Source: the human T2T-CHM13v2.0 reference genome, Homo sapiens. Taken from it: a DNA stretch of 64,000 nucleotides. A program made the position numbers and the translations under genes. Where the stretch lies: assembly GCF_009914755.1 (NCBI RefSeq), contig NC_060942.1, one strand, 5' to 3'. The notes beneath the pieces are model-generated. The model ran no database searches, was not told the origin of the DNA, and worked only from the letters and a program-made list of their open reading frames with translations. Within the stretch, counting starts at the first letter, position 1. Each line of letters starts with the position of its first letter. Shown here piece after piece: positions 11,907-25,995 of this stretch.

Positions 11907-12920
11907 TAACAATAAGAAAACTGTTAGTTAAAAATGGGCAAAATATATGGACACCATACCAGAGAAGGTACATAGATGGCAAATAAACAAATGAAAACAT
12001 GCTGTACATTATCTGTCATTAGAGAATTGCGAATTAAAACCTATTAGCATGGCTAAAATCTAAAGTACTGACAACATCAAATGCTGGTGAGCATGTGGAG
12101 CAACCGAAACTATGTCACTCATAGCTTATGGGTATAAAAGGTGGTATTTTGGGTCAGTATCTTATAAAACTAAACATGCTATTGCCATACAATCCAGCAG
12201 TTTCACTCTTTGGTATTTACCCAGATGACCTGAAAATTTATGTCTACACAAAAACCTGCACACAAATGTTTATAGCAGCTTTATTCATTATTGCCAAAAA
12301 CTTGGAAGCAACCAAATGTCCTTCAATACATGAATGATTAAAAAACTGTGGTACATTTATGCAATGGAATATTATTCAGCAGTAAAAAGAAATGAACTAC
12401 CTAGCCATGAAAAGACATGGAGGAACTTAAATGCATATTACTAAGTAAAAGAAGCCAGTCTGAAAAGCTGCATACTATATGATCCCAACTTAAAACATTC
12501 GGGAAGGACAAAACTGTGGAGACAATATAAAGATTAGTGGTTGTCAGGGGACTAGGGAGAGGAAGGGAGGGATGAATAGGTGAAGCACAGAGGATTTATA
12601 GGGCAGTGAAACTATTTTCTATGATATTGTAATGGAAAATGCACGCCATTGTACATTTGTTAAAACCCATAGGATATACAACAGAAAGATTGAACTCTAA
12701 TGTAAACTATAGAATTTAGTCAACAATACTGTATTTAGTTAATAGCTATCTAAATTAATAATAATATTAGTTCATCAATTATAACAAATGTACAACACTA
12801 ATGAAAAATGTTAATAGCAGGAAAAACTGGGAGGGAAGGACTAAGGGAGTATATGGGAACCCTATACTCTCTGGTCTATTTTTCTTTAAACCTAAAACTT
12901 CTTCAAAAAAATTAAGAATA
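10945..12920 (+). mobile_element. 5'-truncated L1MC (L1MC1/2-like), interrupted by an Alu
   Basis: Late ORF2 remnants and an L1MC-type 3' UTR (aagaagccagtctgaaaag, gggcagtgaaactatt, aactctaatgtaaactat). Confidence 0.85.
11575..11904 (+). mobile_element. AluJ with tail converted to (CA)n
   Basis: GGCCAGGC start, J-type ttgcttgagctcaggagtttg, (CA)n at 11858-11904, TSD aacaataaga. Confidence 0.9.
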
Positions 12921-12923
12921 CTA

Positions 12924-13232
12924 ATTTTTTCTTTTCTTTTTTTTTTTTTGAGATGGAACTCACTCTGTCACCCAGGCTGGAGTGCAGTTGCATGATTCTT
13001 GGCTCACTGCAACCTCCGTCTCCCAGGTTCAAGTGATTCTCCTGCCTCAGCCTCCAAGTAGCTGGGATTACAGGAGTGTGCCACCATGCCTGGCTAATTT
13101 TTCTGTATTTTTAGTAGAGACGGGGTTTCACCATCTTGATCAGGCTGGTCTCAAACTCCTGACCTCAAATGATCCACTCTTCTCGGCCTCCCAAAGCGCT
13201 GGGATTACAGGCGTGAGCCACCGTGTCTGGCC
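12924..13232 (-). mobile_element. AluS (Sx/Sz-like)
   Basis: Poly-T followed by a full antisense Alu dimer. Confidence 0.93.
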
Positions 13233-13373
13233 AAGAACATTGATTTTTAAAGAAGGAAATTGGGAGTTTTGTGTGGGCGGAGCAAGATGTCAGAATAGAA
13301 GCCTATACCACTTGTTTCCCCTGCTGGAACACCAGATTTTAATAACTATCTGCACATAGAAAAGCACTGTCAT

Positions 13374-13670
<297 letters not shown>

Positions 13671-15214
13671 AGCAGTGTCACGAGAACCAAAAATCAGGTG
13701 AGCAATCATAGTAACTGGTTTTAACTTCATATCCTGGAAAGAGGAATTGAGGGGGGCAGGAGAGACAATCTTGAATTGTCGATGCCACCCTTTCCCCATG
13801 CAACATGGAGAAAGAGTCTATGCCCTTGAGGGAGGGAGAGTGCAGCAACTTGGGATTTTACATTGAATTCAGTACTGCTCTATCACAGTAGAGAATAAAG
13901 CTTAGCAGAGAATAAGGCCGTGCTGGGCTCAGCCAGCTCACCCTTGCCCGAAGTGAGCATTTGGACCAGCCCTAGCCAGAGGGGATTCACCCATCCCAGT
14001 GGTTGGAACTCGAGTTTCTTGGCAAAGCCTTGCCACCACAGGCTGAAGTGCTTTGGGGTTTTAGATAAGCTTGAAAGACAATGTAGGACACAAGGACTGC
14101 AATTCCTAGGAAATTCCTAGTGCTAAGCTGGGCTCAGAGCCAGAGTTCTAGAGTGGCACGTGACCTAGGGAGACACTAGCTTCTAAGGGAGTGCTGGTGT
14201 CACCCCTCCCCCGACCCCAGGCAGTGAAGCTCACAGCAATAAAAGTGATTCTTTCTTTCTATTTAACAAGAGGAGAACAAAGAGCAAAGAGGACTTTGTC
14301 TTGCATCTTGGATACCAGCTCAGCCACAGTAAGATAGGGCACCAGGCAGAGTTGTGAGGCCCCCGTTCCAGGACCTGGCTCCTGGACATTTCTAGAGACA
14401 ACCTGAGCCAAAAGGAAACCTGCTACCTTGAAGGGAAGGACCAGTGCCTGGCAGAATTCATAATCTGCTGACTAAGGAGCCCTTGGTTCCTGAATAACCA
14501 GCAGCAATACTCAGGTAGTACGCTGTGGGCCTTGGGCTCTGAAATGTGCTGACTTCAGGTGAGCCCAAGCACGTCCAGCTGTGGTGGCTATAGTGAAAGG
14601 CTCCATCTTTTTGAGAAGCAGAGGGGAAAGTAAAGGGGGACTTTGTCTTGCACCTTAGGTACCAGCTTGGCCACAGTGGAGTAGAACAACAAGTAGGCTC
14701 TTGGGGTCCCTGAGTCCAGGCCTAAGCTCTTGGACACCATTTCTGGATCTACCCTAGGACAGGCAGGACTTGACTGCCCTGAAAGATGAGTCCCAGGCTT
14801 GGCAGCATTTATCACAAGTGGACAAATGAGCCCTTGGGCTTTAAGTGAACATCAGCAGTGGCCTTGCAGAACCTGTGTGGATCAGTGGTGGTGGTCACCA
14901 CAGGGAGAGGCTCCTCCTCTGCCTGTGGAAAGGGGAGGGAAGAGAAAGAAAGTCTTTGTATTGTGATTTGAATGACAGCTTAGCAGCAGTAGAATATCAA
15001 GTAAGTTGCTAAGGTTTTTCACTCCAATCTCTGGCTCTCAGACAGCATCCATGGACATGCCTGCAGCTTGGAGGAACTTGTTGCTGTGAAGGAAAGGGCC
15101 TTGGGCAATACCCAGTGCTATGTTGGCTTCAGGTGCTGACCCACCACGGTCTCAGTGGTGGTGGCCACAGGGATGCTTGCATCACCACACCCTCAGTTTA
15201 AGATGGCTCAGTAC

Positions 15215-15312
15215 AGAGAGAGAGAGAAAGAGAGCGAGAGAAAGAGACAGAGAGAGAGACAGATAGATAGGTAGATAGAGAGAGACAGATAGAGAGACAC
15301 ACACAGAGAGAG
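15215..15312. repeat. (GA)n/(GATA)n compound repeat inside the L1 5'UTR
   Basis: Direct reading. Confidence 0.85.
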
Positions 15313-16574
15313 ACTCTGTTTGTTTGGGAGAACGTAAGGGAAAAGAACAAGAGCCTCTGTCTGGTAATTCAGAGAATTCTTCCAGGTCTTATCCAAGACT
15401 GCCAGAGTGGTACCTCTATGAGTCTGCAAAACTGACAGCATTATGGGGCTTCAGGTCCGATCCCTTCAAATACCCTGAAAGCCTCCTCAAGGACAACCAG
15501 AAATAAGATCAGACTATAAAGACTACAGTAAATACCTAGCTTTTCATTGCTTAGACACTGACAAATATCTATAAGCATCAAGACCATCCAGGAAAGCATA
15601 ACCTCACCAAATGAACTAAATAATGAACCAGGGACCAATTCTAGAGAAAGAGACATATGTGACCTTTCAGAGAGATAATTCATAATAGTTGTTTTGAGGA
15701 AAATCAAAGAAATCCAAGATAGTCTAGAAAAGGAATTAAGAATTCTATCCAATAAATTTAACAAAGAGATTGAAATTATGAAAAAGAATCAAGCAGAAAT
15801 TCTTGAGTCGAGAAATGCAATTGCCATCATGAAGAATGCATCAGAGCCTTTTAATAGAATTGATCAATTTAATAGAAGAAAGAATTGGTGAGCTTGAAGA
15901 CAGGCTGCTTGAAAATACACAGTCAGAGGACACAAAAAAAAAAGAGTAAAAAAGAATGAAGCATGCATACCAATCTAGAAAATAGCCTCAAAAGGGCAAA
16001 TCTAAGAGTTATTAACCTTAAAGAAAAGGTAGAGAAAGAGATAGGGGTTTATTCAAAGGGATAATATCAGAAAACTTCTCAAATCTACAGAAAGATAGCA
16101 ACATTCAAGTACAAAGTTATAGACACCAAGCAGATTTAACACAAAGGAAACTATCTCAAAGCATTTAATAATCAAACTCCCAAATGTCAAGGATAAAGAA
16201 AGAATCTTAAAAGCAGCAAGAGTAAAGAAACAAATAACATACAATGGAGCTCCAAAATGTCTGGCAGCAGACTTTTCAATGGAAACATTACCGGCCAGGA
16301 GAGAGTGGCATGACATATGTAAAGTGCTGAAGGAAAAAAATCTTTTATTCTAGAATAATATATCCAATGAAAATGTCCTTCAAGCATGAAGGAGAAATAA
16401 AGACCTACCTAGACAAACAAAAGCTGAGGGATTTCATCAAGACCCAACCTGTTCTACAAGAAATACTAAAGGCAGTTCTTCAATCTGAAAGAAATGGATG
16501 TTAATGAGCAAGAAGAAATCATCTGAAGGCACAAAACTCACTGGTGATAGTAACCACAAAGAAAAACAGAATAG

Positions 16575-16968
<394 letters not shown>

Positions 16969-17156
16969 TCAAAAATAATAACTTTTCAAGACATAGGTGG
17001 TACAATAAGACATAAATAGAAACAACAAAAAGTTAAAAAGCAGGAGGACAAAGTGAAAGTGTAGAGTTTTATTAGTTTTTTTTGTGGGTGTTTGTTTATG
17101 CAACCAGTGTTGACTTGTCATCAATTTAAAATAATGAGTTATAAGATAGTATTTGC

Positions 17157-17598
17157 GTTATTCACAATAGCAAAGACTTGGAACCAACCCAAATGTCCAA
17201 CAATGATAGACTGGATTAAGAAAATGTGGCACATATACACCATGGAATACTATGCAGCCATAAAAAATGATGAGTTCATGTCGTTTGTAGGGACATGGAT
17301 GAAATTGGAAATCATCATTCTCAGTAAACTATCGCAAGAACGAAAAACCAAACACTGCATGTTCTCACTCATAGGTGGGAATTGAACAATGAGAACACAT
17401 GGACACAGGAAGGGGAACATCACACTCTGGGGACTGTTGTGGGGTGGGGGGAGGAGGGAGGGATAGCATTGGGAGATATACCTAATGCTAGATGACGAGT
17501 TAGTGGGTGCAGCGCACCAGCATGGCACATGTATACATATGTAACTAACCTGCACATTGTGCACATGTACCCTAAAACTTAAAGTATAATTTAAAAAA
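17157..17598 (+). mobile_element. Young 5'-truncated L1PA2-like insertion nested in the older L1
   Basis: Perfect 14-bp TSD aagatagtatttgc (17143-17156, 17599-17612). 3'UTR gatgacGAGttagtgggtgcagcgcacc has GAG, not the L1HS ACA/ACG. Confidence 0.9.
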
Positions 17599-20500
17599 AA
17601 GATAGTATTTGCAAGCCTCATGGTAACCTCAAAAAAAATACAATGAATACACAAAAAATAAAAATCAGGAAATTAAAGCATACCACAAGAGAAAATCATC
17701 TTCACTAAAAGAAGACAGGAAGGAAAGAAAGAAGGAAGAGAAGAGCACAAAACAACCCAAAAATAAGTAACAAAATGGTGGGAGTTAAGTCTCTACTTAT
17801 CAATAATAACATTGAATGTAAAAGAACCAAACTCTTCAATCAAAAGAGTGGATGAATGGATGAAAAACAAGACCCAATGATCTGTCACCTACAAGAAACA
17901 CACTTCACCTATAAAGATACATATAGACCGAAAATAAAGGAATGGAAAAAGATATTCCATGCCAATGAAAACCAAGAAAGAGCAGAAGTAGCTCTACTTA
18001 TATCAGACAAAATAGACTTCAAGACAAAAACTTTAAGAAGAGACAAAGAAGCTTATTATATAATGGTAAAGGGATCAATTCAGCAAGAAGATATAACAAC
18101 TATAAATATATACATGCATCCAACACTGGGGCACCCAGATATATAAAGCTGAAGAGAAACATAGACTCCAATACAATAATAGCTGGAGACTTCAACACCC
18201 CACTTTCAGCACGGACAGACTATCAGACAGAAAATCAACAAAGAAATATCTGACTTAATCTGCACTACAGACCAAATGGACCTAATAAATATTTAGAGAA
18301 CACTTTTTCCAATGGCTTCAGGACATTTTTCTTCTTCTCAGCACGTGGATTATTCTCAAGGACAGACCATGTGTTAGGTCACAAAACAAGTCTTAAAACA
18401 TTCAAAAAAATTGAAATAATATCAAGCATCTCCTCTGACCACAATGAAATAAAACTAGAAATCAATAATAAGAGAAATTTTGGAAACTATTCAAACACAT
18501 GGAAATTAAACAATATGCTCCTATGAAACTACTACAAGAAAACATTGGGGAAATGTTCCAGGACATTTGTGTGGGCAAAAATTTCTTGATTAATACTCTA
18601 CAACTACAGGCAACCAAAGCAAAAATGGACAAATGGGATCATATCAACTTAAAAAAACTACTGCACAGCAAGAGAAACTATCAACAAAGTGAAGAGATAA
18701 GCTACAGAATGGGAGAAAATGTTTGCAAACTACCCACCTGACAAGGGATTGATAACCAGAATATATAAGAAGCTCCAACAGCTCTATAGGAAAAAAATCT
18801 AATACTCTGATTAAAAATGGGTAAAAGAATCGAACAGATATTTCTCAAAAGAAGACATACAAATGGCAAACAGACATGTGAAAAGGTGCTCAACATCACT
18901 GATCATCAGGGAAATGCAAATCAAATCTCATTCCAGTTAAAATTGCTTTTATTAAAAATTCAGGCAATAACAAATACTGGCAAGGATATGGAGAAAAGGG
19001 AATCCTCATACACTGTTGGTGGGAATGTAAGTTAGTACAACAATGGAGAACAGTTTGGAGGTTCCTCAAAAAACTAAAAATTGAGCTACCTTATGACTCA
19101 ACAATCCCACTACTGGGTATTTACCCAAAAGAAAGGAGATCAATGTATCTAAGAGATATCTCCACTCTCATGTTTGTTGCAGTACTGTTCACAGTAGCCA
19201 AGATTTGGAAGCTACCTAAGCATTCATCAACAGATAAATAGATAAAGAAAATGTGATACTTACACACAATGGAGTACCATTCAGCTATAAAAAAGGATGA
19301 GATTCTGTCACTTGCAGCAACATGAATAGAACAGGAGGTTACTATGTTCAGTGAAATAAGCCAGGCACAGAAAGACAAACATTGCATGTTCTCAATTATT
19401 TGTGGAATCTAAAAGTCAAAACAATTGAACTTATGGAGATAGAGAATAGAAGGATAGTGACCAAAGGCTGGGAAGGGTAGTGGGGGGTTGGGGAGGAGGT
19501 GGAATGGTTAATAGGTACAAAAATATATAGATAGAAGAAACAGATAGGACCTACTATTTGAAAGCACAACAGGGGGACTATAGTCAATAATAATTACATT
19601 GTATATTTTATAATAACTAAAATAATATAACTGGATTTTTTGTAGTGCATTTATCCATTATGCATTGAAGGGATAAATGCTTGAGGGGACAGATACCCAA
19701 TTTTTCATGATGTGATTTTTACACACTGCATGCCTGTACCAAAATATCACATGTACCCTATAAAAACGTATGACTACTGTGTACCCACAATTTTTTTTTA
19801 AATTTAGAAAAGGAAGTTGGAGAGAAAGTGGAGAGAAGGTCTCCTTGACCTGGATTTCAAAAAACAAAAGACAAGTCTTTATTTTTTTCCTCATTGTTCA
19901 TGGATAGTATTTGTTTTTTATCTCTATTGTTCTTACTTCTTCTGACACCTAAAGTTTTTGAGTTGATTAATAAATTTTTTTTCCTTCTTACTGGACAAAC
20001 ACTGAGCCCCCAAATCCATGTTTGGTACCTATGATATTATAGTGACTCAGGAAAATTGCTGCTTCCCTGTGACAGCACTCATACCCACACCTCTAATGGA
20101 CAGGAAGCACTGTGTTTTCCCACAGGCAGTCAGCAGCATCAAACCAGATTCTTAGTCACAGGGCACCAGTGGGTCATGGAAAGGGCATAGTGCACACAAA
20201 AGGTAACTTTAATGAGGTGTTTCTGCTCAGAGGCTCCTCCAGGGTAACTTGATGTAAATTTAAAAGACAAAGGGAAAAGAAGTCACCATTTGGGCAGTGG
20301 CACAGTGTCTGTATACTTACTGCTCAGTCTAGTTTTTTCCTTCTACTTCTTCTAGATCTGTCATCTTTTTTTTTTCTCAGAAATTTTCAGGAGCAGAATA
20401 GAATGGCAAAAGTGAGGACTTAATGGGGAGAACTTTCTGGGGACTAAAACCTCAGAAATTCCTGCCTTTGGAAAATCTAGTTACTTTCCCACATGTTGTC

Positions 20501-20616
20501 CCTTGAAATATCTGAATTAACAGGTGACTATATGCCTGGGATTCCTGCCTCCGTCTGGTCTACTCCTGTTGTCCTGGTGTAATGATAAATAGCTTCCCAT
20601 TTCACTCTCAAAAGTG

Positions 20617-20809
20617 AAATTCTGGCAATAACAAATGCTGGCAAGGATATGGAGAAAAGGGAATCCTCATACACTGTTGGTGAGAATGTAAGTTAGTACA
20701 ACAATGGAGAACAGTTTGGAGGTTCCTCAAAAAACTAAAAATTGAGCTACCATATGACTCAACAATTCCACTACTGGGTATTTACCCAAAAGAAAGGAGA
20801 TCAATATAT
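20617..20809 (+). repeat. Direct copy of L1 segment 18956-19148
   Basis: About 6 mismatches in 193 bp; shares private L1 mutations with the source; no poly-A tail. Confidence 0.92.
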
Positions 20810-21028
20810 TTGGAGGAGATCAATATTTGGAGGATAAATGATATGGTCACCTTACCTAAATACTACTGGATATTGAGCCATGGTTGGAGGCTGCTGTATC
20901 TATTGGCCATCGGTTACAAAAGGCAGCAGGAAAAAGGGCTGCTAGTTAGAAGCCCTAGGTATCTTGGCAACAGCAGCCCCCTGACATTCTACTAGTCACC
21001 CAATTCTACGCCAGTGTTTATAAGGAAG

Positions 21029-21294
21029 GTTTATAGTAAGTTTCGAAATCAGGTTGTGGCATCCTCTGACTTTGCTCTTCTTCAATATTATCTTGGCTAT
21101 TCTGAATCTTTTCCAACTTCCCTTTAACTCAATAACACAAGTGAGGATATTTAGGAGTCTTTATTTTCTCAGTTCTCCACCTCATTTTGTCATAAACTCA
21201 GGCCAGTAGCATCTATACACATGAGTGATTTTCTAATTTTTCTCCACTTTTATTATTTTCTTCCATGTTTTGAAACACTTTATGCAGAAAACTG
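21029..21294 (-). repeat. Inverted copy of 10767-11032
   Basis: The reverse complement aligns over about 265 bp, including an identical 23-bp block (10831-10853 / 21209-21231). Confidence 0.9.
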
Positions 21295-21571
21295 ATGTAG
21301 TTTTACACATCACACTCTCTTGACCTCTGTCTTCTTCCTCTGGTACCTTAGTTTTGTAGAGGAAACTTCCCCTTTTATCCTATCCACTGATGGCACTTGT
21401 TCCTTCTTTGTGTCAACAGAGAAAGCAGAGATCAATGAGGTACCCAGCTTGGCCTCAACAGGACCCAAAAAGGAACATACACCTCTAGCCAACAATAGAT
21501 TTACTGCTCAAGAGTAAATGACTTTAAAAGATTCTCATTTTAAAACTTCATTGACACCCTTATTCAATTTC

Positions 21572-21697
21572 ATTTATTTTTTGAGACAAGAGCTCACTAT
21601 TTTGTCAAGGCTGGTCTTAAACTACTGGGCTCAAGCTATCCTCCTGCTTCATTCTCCCAAGTAGCTCTGATTACAGGTGTGCACCACCCTACCCAGC
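21572..21697 (-). mobile_element. FLAM (free left Alu monomer)
   Basis: Single antisense Alu monomer with T-rich tail. Confidence 0.8.
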
Positions 21698-21704
21698 AGA
21701 TTAA

Positions 21705-21860
21705 TTTCTTCAACAAACATTTATTGAGCACCAATTCTGGCCCAGATACCATGTTAAGTCACAGAGATATACAGTGAATAACACAAAGCCTCAGTCCTTG
21801 TCTTTATAAGGCGAGGATTTATATTTTGGCAGAGAAGACAGCTTTAGGGTAGTAATGACA
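21705..21860 (-). mobile_element. L2 3' end
   Basis: ttcaacaaacatttattgagcacc...gatatacagtgaat. Confidence 0.7.
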
Positions 21861-22364
21861 ATAGGGTAATCGGTGTCATGAGAAGACTGTTATAGGCAGG
21901 GTCCTTTTAGTAGACCCAATTTCAAAGAGTGAGGGTTCTCTTCCTAAGATAGGGACTTGGTCAGATTTGCATTCTAGAAAAGTCATTTGGGCTTCCAGAT
22001 GCTCATATTTATAACGGGAAAGGTACATTATAAACTACATGAAATAAATCACAGAGGAGCATTTTACATGCTAGTAATCAGTTTGGCAGAACTAGAACAT
22101 TTTGAAGATGGGGATAAAATACCTATTCATGGTTTATTTTGGTTATGTGTAGACAGCATCTCTGAAAATTTAGGTGTCACAGTGACAGGCACCATTAGGT
22201 GCTTAACTGGGTGATGGAATTGTCCAGTAATTTGGACATGAGTCATAGTCACTCACAATAACCATGACGTGACCATGCCAAGAAATCCCCAGCACTGTCT
22301 TGGAGAATCTTTGACCATCATTGTTAAAAAGTCTCTTTGTTAAGAGGTGATAAGACTGTTGGGG

Positions 22365-22680
22365 GGCCGGGCGCGGTGGCTCACACCTGTAATCCCAGCA
22401 CTTTGGGAGGCTGAGGCGGGCAGATCATGAGGTCAGGAGATTGAGACGATTCTGGCTAACACGGTGAAACCCATATCTACTAAAAATACAAAAAATTAGC
22501 CAGGGTGGTGGTGGGCGCCTGTAGTCCCAGCTACTCAGGAGGCTGAGGCAGGAGAATGGCGTGAACCTGGGAGGTGGGGCTTGCGGTGAGCCGAGATAGC
22601 GCCAGTGCACTCCAGCTTGGATGACAGAGCGAGACTCTGTCTCAGAACAAACAAACAAACAAACAAAACAAAACAAAAAA
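22365..22680 (+). mobile_element. AluY with (AAAC)n tail
   Basis: ggagaatggcgtgaacc and ctaacacggtg diagnostics; TSD core actgttggg on both sides. Confidence 0.9.
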
Positions 22681-22747
22681 GCAAACTGTTGGGTGGGAAT
22701 TTACCAGACTGGGATTTGGCAGGGTTTCCAGGTTTTTTCTCTTAAAA

Positions 22748-22975
22748 ATTTATTTCAGATTCAGGGGTTAAAAGAGTATATTGCCAATTTTGGGGGATTG
22801 GGCTTCTAATGTACCCATGACCCATACAGTGAACATTGTACCTGATAGGTAATTTTTCAATCATTGCCCCCTTACCCTCCCACCTTTCTGGAGTCCCCAG
22901 TGTCTATTATTTCCATCTTTACATTCACGTGGACCCATTGTTTAGTTCCCATTTATAAGAGAACATGCAGTATTT
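22748..22975 (-). mobile_element. Short L1PA16/L1PB-like 3' end
   Basis: cagtgaacattgtacctgataggtaattt, ggagtccccagtgtctatt, agaacatgcagtatt. Confidence 0.75.
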
Positions 22976-23889
22976 AGAGACTCCAGGTTCTATATCCGAG
23001 CCAGAGATTTGTTTTTGTAAATTCTGCTTTTTGTTAATTAAATGTATCACCCTTATAGCCTGTGTCTTCCAGATGACAACAAACTAATAGTCTGGATTAG
23101 ATCCCACTGATAACTGTGTGTTCTTCTGAATCCCACTCCTCCTTCTTCTGGTTCCCCCAAACCCTCTCTGAGATTCACCACTCTTCCTGAACTCCTCATG
23201 CTTTACTCAGTGTAAAATCTGCTCCCATGTCCTGAGCTCACAGAACAATGGTGAAGCCTATGACTTAGCTGACAGGTTCATGAAGGTCTGACCCTCCTGA
23301 TGTTGCCATGTCTACAACTGCTTCTGGCCAAATGTCCCTGAGTTCCTGGAGCTGCTGCTCCTGCCCATAGGGCTTGAGAATTTGATGTTGTCAGGTATTT
23401 CTGGGCTGGTTGTAGAAGCTGGGGTGGCAAGACTCTCACCATCTGTTGGCTGTAATCCCATTCTGTCATTCTAATCAGGGCTGACTTGACCTCCCAGTCT
23501 TGTTCAGATGTTGCAGAAGTTCTTTGAACTGTTCCATGGTGCCTTTTCTCTCTGAGATTCAGACTGTGGTGGGGAGAGGAACATGACCTGAGCAGACAGG
23601 TGGGCTGCTTGCATAATCACCCCTCATCTCCCAGCCTGAACCACGTCCTTTGGTCATGGACATCCTGACTCTGACTCTTCACTTGAGCATAAATTCTTTC
23701 CAGGATGTTTCTTTTTTCCTCATTCAAATAATCTCCATTAGGCTCCCTCACCACTTCTTCATGTGCTCCCATGCCACCCGAATTCCTGCATAATCACAGG
23801 GGTCCATCTGGGACCCTGGCCATGCTCGTAATTCCCACTTAGAGATATCAGACTCTGAGCTTCAGCTTCTATCTAAATTGGAACCTCAG

Positions 23890-24105
23890 TACACACTCTC
23901 AATCCCTCTTTGCTGTTTTACTTTTCTCATTAGCATTTACTTCTCTCTTGACATACACTTTACTTATTTATCTTGTTTACTGGCAATATCTCCCTACTAG
24001 AATGTAAGTTTCATGAGGGCAGGGGTTTTATATTTTTGTGTTGTCTCAGCAACAACAATTCCGGAAGCATGGTAGATCTTCAATAAATATCAGTTGAATG
24101 AATGA
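23890..24105 (+). mobile_element. L2a 3' end
   Basis: ctagaatgtaagtttcatgagggcagg...caataaatatcagttgaatgaatga. Confidence 0.8.
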
Positions 24106-24559
24106 CAGAATTCATTCTTTAACTGTTTTGATGCTTTTAGTACCTACTATGTTGTAGAATTGCAAAGTGAAGAGCAATGGCCTGAGTGAGATAAGCTGGG
24201 TGGAGTTAGTGCACTGAACTTGGCCCATGACAGAGCTCCACTGACAATTCTAATAAGATTGTTCTATAAGCAAGTTAAGGTGGCTTCAGGTTACAGTGTA
24301 GAAAAAAATGTTTTATTTCTACATACACATTCTCTTCTTAGCAAGGAGATGAAAAAGCCTGTGTACTACATATATCAGATGGTTAAAAATACAACTTGTG
24401 TTGAGCTGGTTTCCCAGAAGATCTAAGCTACAGTTTAGAAAGGGGAAGCCCAGACTGTCTAACTGAATTCAAGGTGTTGATAACAGAGAGCTTATCTGTT
24501 TAGTGGTTGCTGATTTGTTAGGATACGATTCAAATCTTGTAAAATTGTTAGGGATGATT

Positions 24560-24878
<319 letters not shown>

Positions 24879-25099
24879 TCAAGAATCTTCTGACATCTCC
24901 AAAATGAAGTTTCCTAATATTAAATAAGGTAACGAGTTTTGCCCATTATTCATTGAAATTTTATTCAGCTTTTACATTAAAGTTATAATCCTTTTGTCAA
25001 CCAGTGTGTATTGAGCTCCTCCTTGTGGATGAGACAGTAACACGGGATGAATAAAAGATATAATCTGTCCTTGTGGAAGCCCAGGATGACAACAGAAAC

Positions 25100-25335
25100 A
25101 AGAGCTAACATTTATTGCAGTATTATAACTTCATGCCAGGCACCGTTGTACATATCTCACTAATTTGGTCCCATAACTCTACGTGGCATGTCTTATTGCT
25201 ATTTTCAGTCCAAGATGAGAAGACAGAGAATTGGACAATGTCAGTGGTTTGCCTAGATCAGTGTTAGTTGCAGAGCCAAGATTTGAGCCTAGGAAGCCCC
25301 AGCTTCAGAGTCAATGTCCTGTCCTCCATGCTATT
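25100..25335 (-). mobile_element. MIR
   Basis: gctaacatttattg...tgccaggcac...cagagccaagatttgagcctagg. Confidence 0.65.
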
Positions 25336-25659
25336 GCTGTAGTAACACCCAGTACATTTGTGGGTGGGGTTAAATTTGCAGTTTAGAGAGCTGAGTTCTA
25401 ATTCTGATTCTCTATAGCTTCTCCTTCAGTCCCACAACTAAGCCTTTGAGATGAACGACACAGTTTAGATGGAGCACTGCACTGCTCACTGCAGAAATCA
25501 GCTCCTCCCTGTGGCTAAGCTTTTTCCTGGCTCGGGTCCTAGAACCTTTGACTTTTACAAACTTTCTCACCCACCATACAGATGCATCCTCTCTGTTTCA
25601 GCTTTTGTGTGTGATAGTACTCCTCTAGCCTTTGTGCTGGGAGGTCATTGTTGACTTAG

Positions 25660-25995
<336 letters not shown>

